The notes under the pieces: model-generated
What the model was told of the DNA's origin: nothing
The model's database searches: none
Seen by the model: only the letters and a program-made list of their open reading frames with translations
In this document: piece by piece, positions 12,244 through 26,133 of the stretch
How positions within the stretch are numbered: the stretch's first letter is position 1
How the letters are laid out: every line of letters starts with the position of its first letter
Program-made: the position numbers and the translations under genes
NCBI GenBank assembly: GCA_964016885.1
Contig: OZ024742.1
Span: 214,024,001-214,088,000, forward strand
Direction: 5' to 3'
DNA: 64,000 nt
Origin: Eledone cirrhosa
Lineage: Eukaryota

Positions 12244-15200
12244 ACGGCTAGTTTACGAGTTGGAAGCATGAATGTGCGTGGCCTAGGGATGCCCTGGAAA
12301 GAGGGCCAACTTTTAAACGACCTTAGGTCACACAGTATGGATGTGATAGCCATCACCGAGTCCAGGATCCACAACAGGCAACAACTAACGGCTTTGAGAT
12401 CTACGCATCTCGCTGTCACCCATGAGGTGGAGGTGGAGTGGCTGTTATGTTTCGGAAGAACCTGGACGTCGAAGTACAGCAAGTACACTTGGACCCGGAG
12501 GGTAGACTGGTAGTCCTAGACGTGAACAGTATTGGAGGTGGAGCCTTCAGACTGGTGGCCGTTTATGCCCCGACCGGGCAATCGTAATCACGTCCAGACT
12601 TCTTTAAGCGTCTAGAGCCTTTTCTGGGAACGTCTCGCTCCTTACTTTTAGTGGGGGACTGGAATGGTATCCTAGATGCACAATGGGACTATGTGGGAGC
12701 ATGTCCCAATAGAGGGGGGGGGGGTGTGTGCAACAGCCTCAAAACTTTAATCGGCCAATTCCAACTGGCCGATAGGTATCGACTGGATTTCCTGTCTGCA
12801 CCACAGTGGAGGTGGGCAAACCGCAGCGGGAGATCTAGATCGTATTTAGATAGGTTCTTCATTAGAGAGAGAGACAAGGAGATGTTAAGCTGTCCACGAA
12901 TGCACATGGTTGTCTATTCAGATCACAAATTAGTCGTCTGCTTAGTCATCCGTGATAGGACACATAGACAGGGACCCGGGTACTGGAAGCTGAACGTGTC
13001 GTTGCCGGCACGTAAAGCTTACAGTGAACGGATAAGTAGACTAGTCAAGCAACAGTTAACGGGAGCCATCGTCAACATTAGATGGTGGTACTCTCTCAAG
13101 AAAGAAATTAGAATAGAATCGATAGGTTATAGCAGAGAGTAAGCCTTAGAGAAAAACAGAATAGAAAGAGAACTAGTAGCTAAGGTAGAGGAGGCACTTA
13201 GAAGTGGCAACGCGGCTAGAGTGTTAGCGCCGAGAACGGCACTGGACCAGTTCTTCGATGCGAATCACGAAGGCTGCGTGGTCAGAAGCAAAACACGTGC
13301 TCTAGGAAACGAAGGAGCGAAAGCTGTCAGCTGGGCCCGAGTGGCGGAGGCAAGAAATGGCAACAAGTCCACGATTCGATCTTTGAAAGACCAAAACTGA
13401 CGCGTGCTACTTGACCCCAAGCAAATGTGCACGGCCTTTCAGCAGCACTTTGCGTGGCTGTTTGAGCAGAACGACGGTGAGCCGAACGGGGCAATGGACT
13501 TTAATTCTTAGCTCGACGGCCTGGCGCGTCTCTCGAACACGGACACCGAGTTCTGCGAAAGACCGATCACGGACACTGAGATACGGGACGCTCTGGACCT
13601 CTGCGGGAAACGCAAGCCACCCGGTCTAGATGGTCTGCCCTATGAGTTTTACATAGGCATGGTGGACATGTTCTCTGGCGTCCTCGAAGCCGTCTACTGC
13701 AATTGGCAGCAGAACGGGAGAATTCCCAGTTCTGCAGGCAAGGGCGTAGTAACGCTGATCAGGAAAGACGAGAACAAGGGGGACGAAATTTACAACTTCA
13801 GGCCCATAACTCTGCTCAACACAGAGTTAAAGATTTTGGCCAAGGTGCTAGCGACGAGGTTGGCGCTTGTCGTCGAGAACCTGGTAAGGAAATCGCAAAC
13901 GTGTGCAATCCCGACCAGGTCCATACACGACAACCTCCACCTCATGCAATACACCATAGAGAGGGTGCGTAGTAAACCCGGCTTCGGTGGGGCTCTGATC
14001 AATTTGGATCAGTCTAAGGCATTCGATAGGGTCGACCATCGATACTTGGAAGCGGTTCTCAAGGCGGCCGGTTTCGGTCCCGTTTACAGAGGCTGGATCG
14101 AGGCGATGCATACCAGCATCTGCTCGAGGGTCAAGGTGAATGGCTACCTATCGGAGCCGTTCACAATCACGCGTTCCATTCGACAGGGGTGCTCTCTCTC
14201 CTCCATTCTGTATGTATTGACTTTAGAGCCACTACTGCGGAAATTGGAGCTGTTGCAGGGCATCCCTCAAGAACCGGGACAGCGCAAAGCGGCGTCGGCT
14301 TATGCCGACGACGTGACGGTAATGGTGTCGAGCACCTCGGAAATCGGGGTGATCGGCAACTTACTGAAAGAATACGAAACGCTGAGGGGAACAAATCTAA
14401 ACCCGGACAAGTATGTCGGTTTGCAACTCGGTACGTGGAGAGGCAAACCGATGACGTCCGATAGCGTCGTTGGACGCTGGACGGACGGACCGATGAAATT
14501 GCCCGAGGTCTGGTTCGGTTCAAATCTCCATGTGGAGAAAAAAGGGAACGAAGTCACGGCAAGGTGTTCGCGCTCACCCAGAGTGAAAACTGTCCTTGAA
14601 CGGTCGAGCGGCGGTGGCTAACACTTTCATAGCATCCGTCATCTATTACCGCTTGACTGTTGTGCCTTGCACCGTGAACACCTCGCCAAGATGGATCGCA
14701 TGCTCTTCCAGTTTCTGTGGAAGAAGCAGGCTCCGCTGGTGAGGAGATCCGTCTGCTGTCAGAACCCTTCCAACGGAGAGTAGAGCATGCCGTGGCTGAT
14801 GATGCGCAAACATGCGCTGAGGCTGCGGCATCTCCAGGTATTCCTCACCGACGCCCATCCGGTGTGGGCACCGTTTGTGAGACAGGATTTCCCACAGCCC
14901 ATCTCGTTGACGGAGCTGCAGGCCTGGGCTAAGAAAAGACCGAAAACGATGGGCGCCTGGCACATTGAATGCGCTCAGGCACTCACAGTCCTCTGGCATG
15001 CGGGCACAGCAATCAGTGGAGACTCCACTTCGACATTCTATAGAGGGATTGTACATTACAAGGTCGACGACGTGCTTGGAGAGACTCTTGGCGTCGAAGA
15101 CGATGAGCTCACCAGTCTGTTTGGTAGGACTTTCCGCCCGGGACCCATGGACAACTTCCAGAGGTCCCTGGCCTGGAAGTGCTACCGAGGAGGTCTACCG

Positions 15201-15672
15201 GTTCGAGACAAGATCTACAGGACGGACGCCCCGGCAGGGATCCTTCGAAGAGGACGTGTCCAAGATGCGCGCAGGACATTGAATCAGTCCTGCACGCAAT
15301 TGTACACTGCCCGGACGTAACCGACCTGTGGAACTATACAGAACAACCGCTGTCGCGTATGGGACAAATCCAGTTGACTGCCGAGTCCATAGTAAGGATC
15401 AAACCGCCAGCCACTTTCAAAAACTAAAGAGAGGCGGTTTTCTTCTGTACAGTGGCTATGGTGAAAGAAGTTATATGGTGGACGAGATTGAGTGGACTTA
15501 GGACAGATGCCTTTCTCTCCGGACAACAATTGATTCCCTTCTTTAAGTATCACTTTAGAAGGAGAATGACAGTGGAGAGAGATGCACTGCAATCCTGTAA
15601 ATTTACTGAAAGGTGGGTGAATGAAGCGAAATGGACCGAGTGATTGGCCCTTCTCTGTTTTTAAGCCTGTAG
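12244..15672 (+). pseudogene. Tx1 ORF2 (APE-RT-CCHC), disrupted
   Basis: GDWN, SDH, GPGYWKLN, KAFDRVDH, YADD and CPRC...HAIVHC motifs; start codon appears mutated to ACG. Confidence 0.92.
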
Positions 15673-15918
15673 GTTAAAGAAGAGAGCAAAAGGAATAAAG
15701 GAGCACTTGCACAACACGCTCCTGGAGTTGAGGGTTGTTCTATCAACGTGATATTAAACAACCCGTTTGTGGCGCTTCTCCTCTATTGGGGATTTCGGTT
15801 GTTATAATTGTTTGTTTATATTTTTTACACGACTGTATGTAAAATCCCCGGCATGTCTTTGTATTGTCGCCTTTTCTTGTGCGCCCTTGTGGCAAATAAA
15901 GAAATCTATCTATCTATG

Positions 15919-15973
<55 letters not shown>

Positions 15974-15975
<2 letters not shown>

Positions 15976-18263
15976 GCCGGACTTGTTCCCCGACCTCCTC
16001 GAGGCGGTCTACTGCAACTGGCAACAGAACGGGAAAATTCCCTGTGCTGTGACCAAGGGCGTAGTCACGCTAGTGAGGAAGGACGAGAACAAGGGGGACG
16101 ATATAAATAATTCCAGGCCCATAACTCTGCTAAATACAGAGTTACAGATTTTGACCAAGGTGCTAGCAAAGACGTTGGCGCTTGTCGTGGGCAACCTGGT
16201 GGGAGATGCGCAGACATGTGCTATCCCGTCCAGGTCCATCCACGATCACCTCCACCTCATTCGATACATCATAGAGAGGGTTGGGAACGAACCCGGCTTT
16301 GGTGGGGCCCTGATCAACTTGGATCAATCTAAGGCATTCGATAGGGTCGACCATGGTTACCTGGATGCGGTGCTAGCGGCGGCAGGCTTCGGACCCGTTT
16401 TCAGGGGCTGGATCAATGCCATGCACAGCAGCCGCATCTGCTCCAGGGTCAAGGTGAACGGCTACCTCTCGGAGCCGTTCGAAATCGCGCGGTCCATCCG
16501 ACAAGGGCGCCCGCTCTCCTCCCTTCTGTATGTAATGACTCTAGAGCCACTACTGCGGAAGTTGGAGTTGTTGCAGGGCATCCCGTTGGAACCGGGATTG
16601 CGGAAAGCGGTGTCAGCCTACGCCGATGACGTAACAGTAATGGTGTCGACGGCCTCGGAAATCGGGGCGATCGGCACCTTACTGGAGGAGTACGAAAGTT
16701 TTACAGGAGCTAAGCTGAACCGGGACAAGTCGATTGGTCTGCAACTCGGCACATGGAGGGGCAGATCGATGCCCTCCGATGGCGTCGTCGGGCGCTGGAC
16801 GGAGGGCCCGGTGAAGTTGCTCGGGGTCTGGTTCGGACCAGACCTCCAGGTGGAGAAGAACTGGGGTGAGGTGACGAACAGAGTGTTTGCACTGACTCAG
16901 AAGTGGGCCGAGTGCAAACTGTCCCTGAAAGGTCGGGCGGAGGTGGCGAACACTTATATAGCGTCCGTCATCTACTACCGCCTGACCGTTGTGCCTTGCC
17001 CAAGGGAAACGCTCGCCAAAATGGAGCGCGCACTCTTCCAATTCCTTTGGAAGAAGCGGGCTCCTATGGTGAGGAGATCCATCTGCTGTCAACACCCTTC
17101 GAAATGAGGGCTGGGGATGCCGTGGCTAATGATACGTAAACACGCATTAAGGTTACGGCACCTTCAGGTATTCCTCTCCGGTCAACCGGTGTGGGCCCCG
17201 TTTGTGAGGCGAGCCTTTCCCAGACTCGTCTCACTAACCGAGCTGCAATCCTGGGTCAAGCAAAGACCGAGAAAACTGGGCGCCTGGCACACCGAGTGTG
17301 CCCAGGCGCTCACGGCTCTCTGGCAGGCGGACCCGGCTGTCAGTGGAGAATCCACCTCGTCATTCTATAGAGGGCTGGTGGTTAGCAGGTGCGACGACGC
17401 CCTCGGAGAAGCCCTAGGCATGGAGGAAGACGAACTGGCCAACCTGTTCGGTAGGACATTCAGCCCGGGACCCATGGACAACTTCCAGAGGTCCCTGGCC
17501 TGGCAATGCTACAGAAGGGCTCTGCCCGTTCGAGAAAGGCTCTACAGACACGGGCGCCCGGGTAGGGACCCATCGAAAAAGATCTGTCCCAGATGCGTGT
17601 GCGACGAGGAAACCGTTGCACACGCATTGGTACATTGCTCGGGCATTGCCGATCTGTGGGGCTATGTCGAACAACTGCTGTCAAGGGTGGTACCGATCCG
17701 GTTAACCACCGAGTCTATTGTAACGATCAAGCCGCCTCCCCTCTTCAAAAACGAAGGAGAGGCGGTGTTTCTGTGCGTAATAGCCATGGCGAAAGAGGTT
17801 GTATGGTGGACGCGTCTGAAAGGACTGAGGTCAGGCACCTTTCTCTCTGGCCAACAACTGGTCCGTTTCTTCCGATATTATTTCGGAAGAAGGATCAGGA
17901 TGGAGAGAGAGGTGCTGCACCCCAGCCGTTTCTATGAAAGATGGGTGAAAGTGGCGAGAATGGCCCGTGTGAATGGGCCTTCACTCTACATCAGACTATA
18001 GGTGAGGAAAATGAAAGACCAAGGGAGCACCCCTTCTCTGTGCTCCCGAGGAGAAGGGTTGCACACTTTTTTCGGGGGTGTGTGCGACCCCCCAAGGCGC
18101 CTCCTCTCTATTGAGGACTTTGTTATAAATTTTATTTTTGTTATATTTTATTTTATTTTTATATATTGTTATTGCCTCCTCCTTATTGAGGACGCCTTGT
18201 TTTGTAAACTCCCCTCATTGTACTTGTCCCACTTTTGATGCCCTGGTGGCAAATAAAAGAAAC
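15974..18263 (+). mobile_element. Tx1 copy 4, 5'-truncated at the start of RT
   Basis: RT to C-terminal CPRC..H..HC in one frame (15974-18001) with a single in-frame TGA at 17105-17107; 3' end resembles copy 1; (TATC)n on both sides. Confidence 0.93.
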
Positions 18264-18264
18264 A

Positions 18265-18335
<71 letters not shown>

Positions 18336-18358
18336 ATATCTATCTATCTATCTATCTA

Positions 18359-18407
<49 letters not shown>

Positions 18408-18789
18408 TTACATGTTCATCGATTTATAAAGACATAAATATCTGTGGCTATAAATATCCTTCTCCCTCAACACATTCATTCTTGTACCGTAATGTAATAT
18501 ATTATTTTACACTGTTATAATTTTTTCTGAATAAAAGCACCCTGAAACACATCATAGATAAACACCATATAATGACATATATTCATCAACTTAAGCGAAT
18601 TTACTTCCCAACTGAATGACTGAAATGAATGTTTTCTCTATTTTTATTATGTTATTAAATAACATTAGCTTGGAAAAGAGAATTCCAACCACTAGAACAG
18701 TTAGAGTTCCTTGTTAAGGTTTGTGTACGAACCAAGAGTATATTCAGGAACTCATATTGTCATAAAAATCAAATAGAATGGTTTATAAA

Positions 18790-19290
18790 CCAGCACGCAC
18801 ATACACGCAATAACACATATACACGCTCACACACAAGCACGCGTGCACACACATGCACACACATACGTACACACACCTACAGAAACACAGATACCTGGAC
18901 ATGTACGCACGCACATAAGGATACACACATTTATAATACATACACACATACACACAAGGACACATATATACACACACGTATAGAAACTCACAGACATGTA
19001 CGCACGCACATAAGGATACACACATTTATAATACATACACACATACACACAAGCACACACACACAAGGACACATATATACACACACGTATAGAAACTCAC
19101 AGACATGGACATGTACACACGCACATTAGGATATACATATTTATAATACATACACACATACACACAAGCACACACACACAAGGACACATATATACACACA
19201 CGTATAGAAACTCACAGACATGGACATGTACACACGCACATTAGGATATACATATTTATAAGACACACTAACACACACACGCATATCTAT
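18790..19290. repeat. CA-rich minisatellite with ~100-120 bp units
   Basis: Repeated blocks CACACGTATAGAAACTCACAGACATG and AGGATA(C/T)ACA(C/T)ATTTATAA. Confidence 0.75.
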
Positions 19291-19555
19291 ATATGACGTC
19301 CAAGTTTCTCTACATCTCACTGCTAACCATGTGACCAATACGCCATTAGTATAACTACTCCGATTCTGAACATGGGGCTGTGAAGGCTTTGAAATATTAA
19401 TACACACAGGCATTATGGATTTAGGAATGTTACTATTCCAAACTAAGCAAAAAATGGTAGTAAGGGAAAACTAAAAATACTTGATAAAAATGATCAAACT
19501 AAACCTCTGAAGAAAAGCCATTCCATATTTATATACACGTACACACACACACTTG

Positions 19556-19626
<71 letters not shown>

Positions 19627-21624
19627 AGTAAAAAGAAACGAGTTAGAAGCACAGATATCTTGATAATAGAAGCTTGTTTCGTTGCAACTTTTTAATTAAC
19701 TGAATAAATCTTGCTCATTCACAATTACATAAATATAATTAGATACACATAACGATATATTTCTATGAATATCATCTTCCATGTGGTTAGTGTGCATCAT
19801 AAAATATTTTTTATTCATACTTCGAACATGCCAACAGGGCATAGCCTAGATTTCATGTGCATCATTGACGACTATCAATGCGGTAGAAGAATTAAGTCTG
19901 CAAGTTTTGGTGCCGCTATGCACTTTGGCTTTCCTAGTAATGATTAGTTGAAATCTCTGTGTGTAGCTGGGGTTTTCATACTTGTAATTCCACTTTCAAC
20001 CAGTAGAGCATGTTGGAATATTTAAATATAATTTGTAAACGTTAAATGATTAAAAAAAGATATATATGCTTCTAACTAGTTTCATAATATTTAGTAAATT
20101 TTGTTTTTATTTAGTAAGCTGTGATTAAATCAAAGAGAGAATTTCTTATATACAATGGCGGTACCTCAGCATGACCAATATCCAATGACTTAAATTAATC
20201 GAAAGATAAATATCAATAATGATAATAACCTTAATAAACAATAGAGACTGATCACAGTTGAATAACAAAATTCCAATAACATCGTCAAATACAAAAGCGA
20301 AAAAACAAAAGGAAACTATAATGTTGTTCGTATTCGTAATAAATAAAACTGTTACATATCTTATATAATATGTATATTATACACAAAATAGATTTTTAAA
20401 TAACATACACGTACGAACATAATGAACAAGTAACGTGGCACAAATAAAACAAAAAGAACCAATGAAAATAAAAGCAAAGCTATTTAAAAACAAATCAACC
20501 ATGTCCATTAATAAACCAAGCAACAATAAAAACGATCCCGGTCGGGCCACACGTGTGAAGAATACTGTAACAAGAACTAAGTGCTGTGAGAACACTACGG
20601 GACTTATGTAATATTTGTGTCAGAAGCAGTTTATAGGAAGACATTAACATCCAGTAAGGAATTAATGTTTTGATATGACATTGCTTCTACTGTTATCGTT
20701 GTTGTCATCCAACAAAATAAATAAATGAATAAATAAATAAATAATAGAGAATGTTGGTCGAATGAACAATACATTGGAGTGTAATACTGATATTATATAT
20801 TCATACTATACTCAACACACTCACAATCACCATAATAAAATGGAAGAGTTATGAAAAGGAAAAAAAAGCACAATGCAACAAAATCAAAAACAACAAAAAA
20901 GCACAAAAAAGAATAAAACTTAATATATGGAGATTCAAAGTAAGCAATAAATAGATACCGGAAATAGAAACAGAAAACGCACGTAAAGAATAAACACTGA
21001 ATTAAAACAAAAGAATACACCATACGCAAAACTTAAGCTCGCACAAAATAGAAAATACATCATAAAATCCATGACAAACACAAAACACATAAGCCTATAA
21101 AAATGAAAGAAAATAAACACACAATAAATTCGTACGGGGAACAATGAAAACAACACTAAGCATTCCATACAAGAAAAGCATGTAGTACAACAAAATACGA
21201 TAACTAAGATAGTAAAAAAGGAACGAAACACGAATTAAGGAAGATCACACAATAGCCTTCTGCACCAAATCATACGCTCGTACCCAGACCTAACAATAAA
21301 TACATAAAATAAAAACCACAGCACAACTGATCAAGCGGAGTCAATATTCAGAAGAACCTTACAGAAGCAATGAGTGAAAATAGAAGCGGGCAAAAGAAAA
21401 TTGCTGAATATGGTCGGAAAGAAACTGTTGCCCAAGTCAGAAGCTCTATGAAAATAGCTAAGTATAATGAGAGTCTACGTGAAATACAGCATAGAGTAAT
21501 GAACTATTAGAAAGTCAATAGACTGAGTGATCCTAATCTATTCAGTTGCTGTGGGAAATCAGGCTTAATCTTAAAAGTGTAAGTCTATCCTCAGTCAAAC
21601 CTTACTAATATTTATAGAAAACGC

Positions 21625-22094
21625 GCAGGACTGAGGCCAAAGTTGAGCGCATGAGACAGGTGGTGTGTGCCGATCGTCGACTGACTGTTCGATTGATCAT
21701 AGGTAAACAGAGCATGAATTACACAGTGATTGAAAGATTAACACAGAAATTTGGTCATGCGGAAGATCTCCGCGAAAATGGTGTCGAAGCTGCTGAACGA
21801 TGGCCAGAAGAGGCGACGCATGCATGTGTGTCAGGACATCCTTGAGCATCATGAAACCGAATCAGACTTGCCGGGGAGAATCATCGCCGCTGATGAGTCA
21901 TGGATTTTCGAGTACGGCCTGTTTTCCGGACGTGAGAATCCTTCCCGGAGAGCATGGAGGCGTGCAGGAAAAAGATGCGAAAGTGTGTTAGACACGAGGG
22001 GAATTATTTCGAAGTAGAAAACTTATAGTTTCAAACTTGGATTTGAAAAATATTTTTTGCGACCCGTCCTGTTTCTTTTCTAACACACCTCGTA
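21625..22094 (+). mobile_element. Internally deleted mariner transposon remnant
   Basis: RRLTVR; RKISAKMVSKLL...RRMHVC; RIIAADESWIFEY (first catalytic Asp region); 3' end CACACCTCG followed by TA. Confidence 0.75.
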
Positions 22095-22218
22095 TATATC
22101 TCTGACATTCACTACATATAATATATATATACACATGTATAGAATAACATACAAAGTAAGCTATAGGTACATCCCCAGTAGAATGACCTAAAATAAGCTT
22201 ACTCTACCATCATTCATG

Positions 22219-22304
22219 CCATAAAGTTTCCACTGATGAGACAACATTGGCAATTCCATTACATAAAATGAACAAATATTGAAGAATTCAGCTTCATCAG
22301 ATGG
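22219..22304 (-). ncRNA. Putative type I hammerhead ribozyme (degenerate stem III)
   Basis: Minus strand: CCAT-CTGATGA-long stem II (GCTGA/TCAGT)-GAAACTTT-ATGG. Confidence 0.5.
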
Positions 22305-22499
22305 TATTCGTTGAAAGGATAAATTAATTACCGCCTGTTACTTAACGGAGGACATCAACTGCTTTACCAGCATAGTGTAATTTTCACAACCAAGCAAATA
22401 TTAAGCAAATGTTTGTATATGTTTGTATATGTGTATATTTATATATATTAATTTATATATATATATATATGAGTGTGTGTTTATGTGAATGTGTTTGTT

Positions 22500-22890
22500 G
22501 ACACCTGCAATATAGCTTAAGAGAAACATGACAATAATGATAGGAACCCAATATTTGAACTGGTTTATAGAATTCTCTTGGCCTTTGTCACTCTAAGTAG
22601 AGCTTTAAAGAATTAGCTTTTAAATAATTTCCCTTTTCTTTAAATCCATGAACCATGACCGACCCCCAACCATCTTATAGACACCTGAAATATAAGCATT
22701 GTTAGCTTAAGAGAAACTTAAAAATAAGGAGTGGCACCCCAATTTGAACTTGTTTATAGAATTCTTTCTGCTTTTGTCACTCTAAATATAAATTATAGCC
22801 TTAAAGAATTAGCTTTTAATGAATTCCCTTTTCTTTCAACCAATGACCTCCACCCATCCCACTCCCCACCCTCTCCTACCACCTGAAAAT
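22500..22890. repeat. Diverged ~180-bp tandem repeat (2+ units)
   Basis: ACACCTG(C/A)AATATA...GCTTAAGAGAAAC...GAATTAGCTTTTAA occurs twice. Confidence 0.7.
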
Positions 22891-23061
22891 ATATAAATAC
22901 CACAACATTTATTTTGGGCAGCCAGATTCCTGATGATTTCTAAAGAATCAAACAGTTCTAGTCCTGTAGAATCACATCTCTATATTAACACTTTTATACT
23001 CTGCTATGTATTGAGTACCTTACTTACTGTGGTTACCTCCGACTCAACCCGGAATAACTTA

Positions 23062-23121
<60 letters not shown>

Positions 23122-23125
<4 letters not shown>

Positions 23126-23801
23126 AGTGGAAGCTTAGTCAAATCGAAGCTTTGGCCGTGGGCAAGCAAAGTCGACCTACAATATGAATGAGTTAGCAAA
23201 GCACTCAATAAGGGTAGGTCCTTAGAGTAATAACATACGTTTAAATAGCTTGACAAATTGAACATTGTAGTAGGCAAAACCTAACACACAATATCAAAGT
23301 AACGAAAAAACTAACAGGTTAAACAAGATACACCTGGACAAATTAAACGATAAACGTTTAAAATGTTTCTGTGAATCCGATATCAAATATCCGACTTACG
23401 TAACAGACACGCTCGTGGTATTCCATGATCGAACAGAGGATTCATTTCATCAACAGGGATTCCGTTCTGCCAAAAAACCGGAGTGGACAGCTAAATGCTG
23501 CTGCTATAAGCGAGCCACCGTACATTTAGTTGTCACATGTTATTTCCAGCAAGGGAGGCAACCCCCAGTTTTTGGCGGGTATATTCCAAGTGTTAACAAA
23601 GGAAATATTCTAATTTCCGCTAACATTTAGAATAAAAGCTCTCAACCAGATGTTATTATACAAATAATTAACCAATCAACAGAATTGTCTAATTAAATTA
23701 ATCAGTTAATTATTAAATCTAGGAGAAAATGATACAAGTGGAAGCTTAGTCAAATCGAAGCTTTGGCCGTGGGTAAGCAAAGTCGACCTACAATATGAAT
23801 G
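23122..23801 (-). mobile_element. pLTR/retrozyme-like unit with 69-bp terminal direct repeats
   Basis: 23122-23190 matches 23733-23801 (1 mismatch seen); internal degenerate hammerhead on the minus strand at 23357-23456 (TTGATGA, TGAATCC/GGATTCA, GAAA); abuts (TA)n. Confidence 0.5.
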
Positions 23802-23969
23802 CGTTATGTATATTTGTATGTGTATATGTATGTATGTATATTTATATCTGTGTACTTGTATGTCCGTACGCATGTATGTGTCAATGTGTGTATATATGCA
23901 TGTATGTATACATGTGTGTATGTATGCATAAATGCATGTATGTGTGTATGTATGTATGCTTTGTATAAA

Positions 23970-24258
23970 GATACTCTGCCTCAGCAAGTCTGGATTCAAA
24001 TGTCATCTCGCAGTCATAAAGTGAGACCAGTGGTTGACCACGAGGCTGCTGTCGGATATGCTACTCATCATATCTGTCAGGCATGTGGAAAAAAAGTATA
24101 GATCAGCAGGAGGGCTCAAACGTCATACACAAGTACATGACGACCAACCACAGCCGGCTATTGCCAGTGAATATTTTTATTATGGTTGCCAACTCTGAAG
24201 AAGACATTTTAGATCATTGGCTGGGTTAAAAAGTTACATTCGATCGCAGCACCGTTAA
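23970..24258 (+). pseudogene. RTE-like LINE C-terminal fragment with two C2H2 zinc fingers
   Basis: CQACGKK.YRSAGGLKRHTQVH and CQL*RRHFRSLAGLKSYIRSQH; similar to the finger in the 62.6-64 kb family. Confidence 0.55.
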
Positions 24259-24399
24259 TTATTAATACTAGCAGAAGAACCGCCCACGGCGTTTTTCTGC
24301 TAGTTGGTATTATACGCAAATACGTATGCATATAGATATGATATGTAAATTGAAAAGTAATTGACAATATCTTCTTCGCCCACTTATTTCTGAGAGGGT

Positions 24400-24690
24400 C
24401 GTGGGAGCAGAGTCCTCCTCAAACACTCCTCACAGCGAGTTTGTCAGAATCAAAATCTCTAACTGATTCAGCTGGATTCCAAAGCGTGTCCACTCAAGCT
24501 CATGGATGTAATCCAACTATCTAACTCGAGTTCTACCCCTGGGTCTCCTGCCGGTTGGTTTTGCCTGTAAAATCTGTCCAGCGATTCTTTCCTGGGACAT
24601 TCTAACCATATGCCCATAGTATCGACATTACTTGTTCAGAATCTATTACAGATTTGTGTGGTTAGCCGCAGCCTAAAAGTGCACCATTTT
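24400..24690 (-). pseudogene. RTE-clade LINE 3' fragment
   Basis: YYGHMVRMSQERIAGQILQAKPTGRRPRGR motif; same family as 59-60 kb. Confidence 0.7.
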
Positions 24691-24850
24691 CTGTAATTTG
24701 ACAAATGATTGCAATACTCTTAGCAGAGTTTGCAGCCATCGTGTATGTATGTATGTATGTATGTATGTATGTATGTATGTATGTATGTATGTATGTATGT
24801 ATGTATGTATGTATGCATGCATGTATGTATGTATGTATGTATGTATGTAT

Positions 24851-25010
24851 GTGCACTATGTGTCAATAATTGTCACAAGTGTAGTGTTTGTAGCAGAGTT
24901 TTCAAGTCACTGGCTGGACTAAAAAGTCACACTTGTTCAGCGCATCGGTAGGGGTTCTCCTACATGGATATAAAGTAGTGGCCGTACTCGAAAACGAGTT
25001 GGCAGCTACC
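24851..25010 (+). mobile_element. Short copy of the RTE-tailed element within (TATG)n
   Basis: Same 3' ~160 bp as the 62.6-64 kb copies; (ATGT)n on both sides. Confidence 0.85.
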
Positions 25011-25089
25011 ATGTATGTATGTATGTATGTATGTATGTATGTATGTATGTATGTATGTATGTATGTATGTATGTATGCATGTATGTATG

Positions 25090-25885
25090 TTTTCTCTTTC
25101 TCTTAATTTCGAGTATATTTTTGACAGACCACCTTCCTGAGGGCAAGGTTGTAAAAGAAAAGAAATTGTCATCCCTTGAATCGCAAGAATGTTTTGCAAA
25201 TTTTGAAGGTGCCAGCTATCGCAGCCATTTGTAGACTATGAATTAGGGAGCTGCGCTCTTGGTCTAAGCGGGTTGGTATATAACCCGTATCTCCAATAAT
25301 GATGGGTATGAAGCTAAAGGTGTATCTTGGATACTGGATTTGTAAACTCATTATCAATGGTCCGTAGATGTCCTACTTCTCCTGTATTTTTCTGACAACG
25401 TTTACATCAAGTGGGCAGCTGATCTCCACAATAGAACACGTTTTCAATGTGTGGTCCCAAACAGCCATATCAGGTCGGTTGGGCTTTAATTTGGTGGCAG
25501 TTTTTATTTTCAGGTTCCACCAGTATTCCTTAGTGCCATCTGTCTCAATATATTCTTCCTCGTTTGTTTTTAATATTGTTTTCCAAAGTGCGTTCCAAAT
25601 GGTTCTAGCTATCCCATCGTGTCTCATGGGGAGGTAGTAGCGATATGACATTCTTTTGCAGCTGGCAACAATGTGGCTTACATCTTCGATCTTTGTTTTA
25701 CATAGCCTGCATTTATTGTCAGCTGATGGCTCTCCCCTTTTGTGCATCAGATATTTGGTAGGGAGTTCTTGTTCCTGTATTGCATAGAGATATCCCTCAA
25801 GGTGTGGTGTCATAAACTTGTCGGAACTCCATGCCAGGTTTTTTGAGTGGTTTATCCCCTCTATGGCCTGTGTTTTAGGTAGGAA
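25090..25885 (-). mobile_element. 5'-truncated R4/Dong-related RLE retrotransposon in (CATA)n
   Basis: EGYLYAIQEQ, CRLC..EDVSHIVASC, RHD, NRPD, EISCP and IPIIIG motifs; 3' end runs into CATACATA. Confidence 0.85.
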
Positions 25886-26086
25886 GGTATGTATGTATTA
25901 TTAATGCTTGGTTATATATATATATACATATGTACAAATGTATTTATAATTTTGAATATGTATGTATCAATATATGCATGTATGAATATATGTATGAATA
26001 TATGCATGCATGTATGTATGCATGCATATATGCATGTATGTATGCATGTAGGTAGGAAGGTATGTATGTATGCATTAATAATACTT

Positions 26087-26133
<47 letters not shown>

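Larger units (their letters stand above)
9986..15904 (+). mobile_element. Near full-length Tx1/L1-clade retrotransposon, copy 3 (second subfamily, degenerate)
   Basis: Same architecture as copy 1 with a divergent 5'UTR and ORF1; AATAAA then (TATC)n. Confidence 0.92.

Noticed and set aside
15767-15973. N-terminal extension of the 446-aa ORF
   Set aside because: It is the 3'UTR of copy 3 plus (TATC)n, open by chance.
17105-17107. Single TGA in Tx1 copy 4 as programmed readthrough
   Set aside because: Copies 1 and 3 have GGA here, so it is a simple nonsense mutation.
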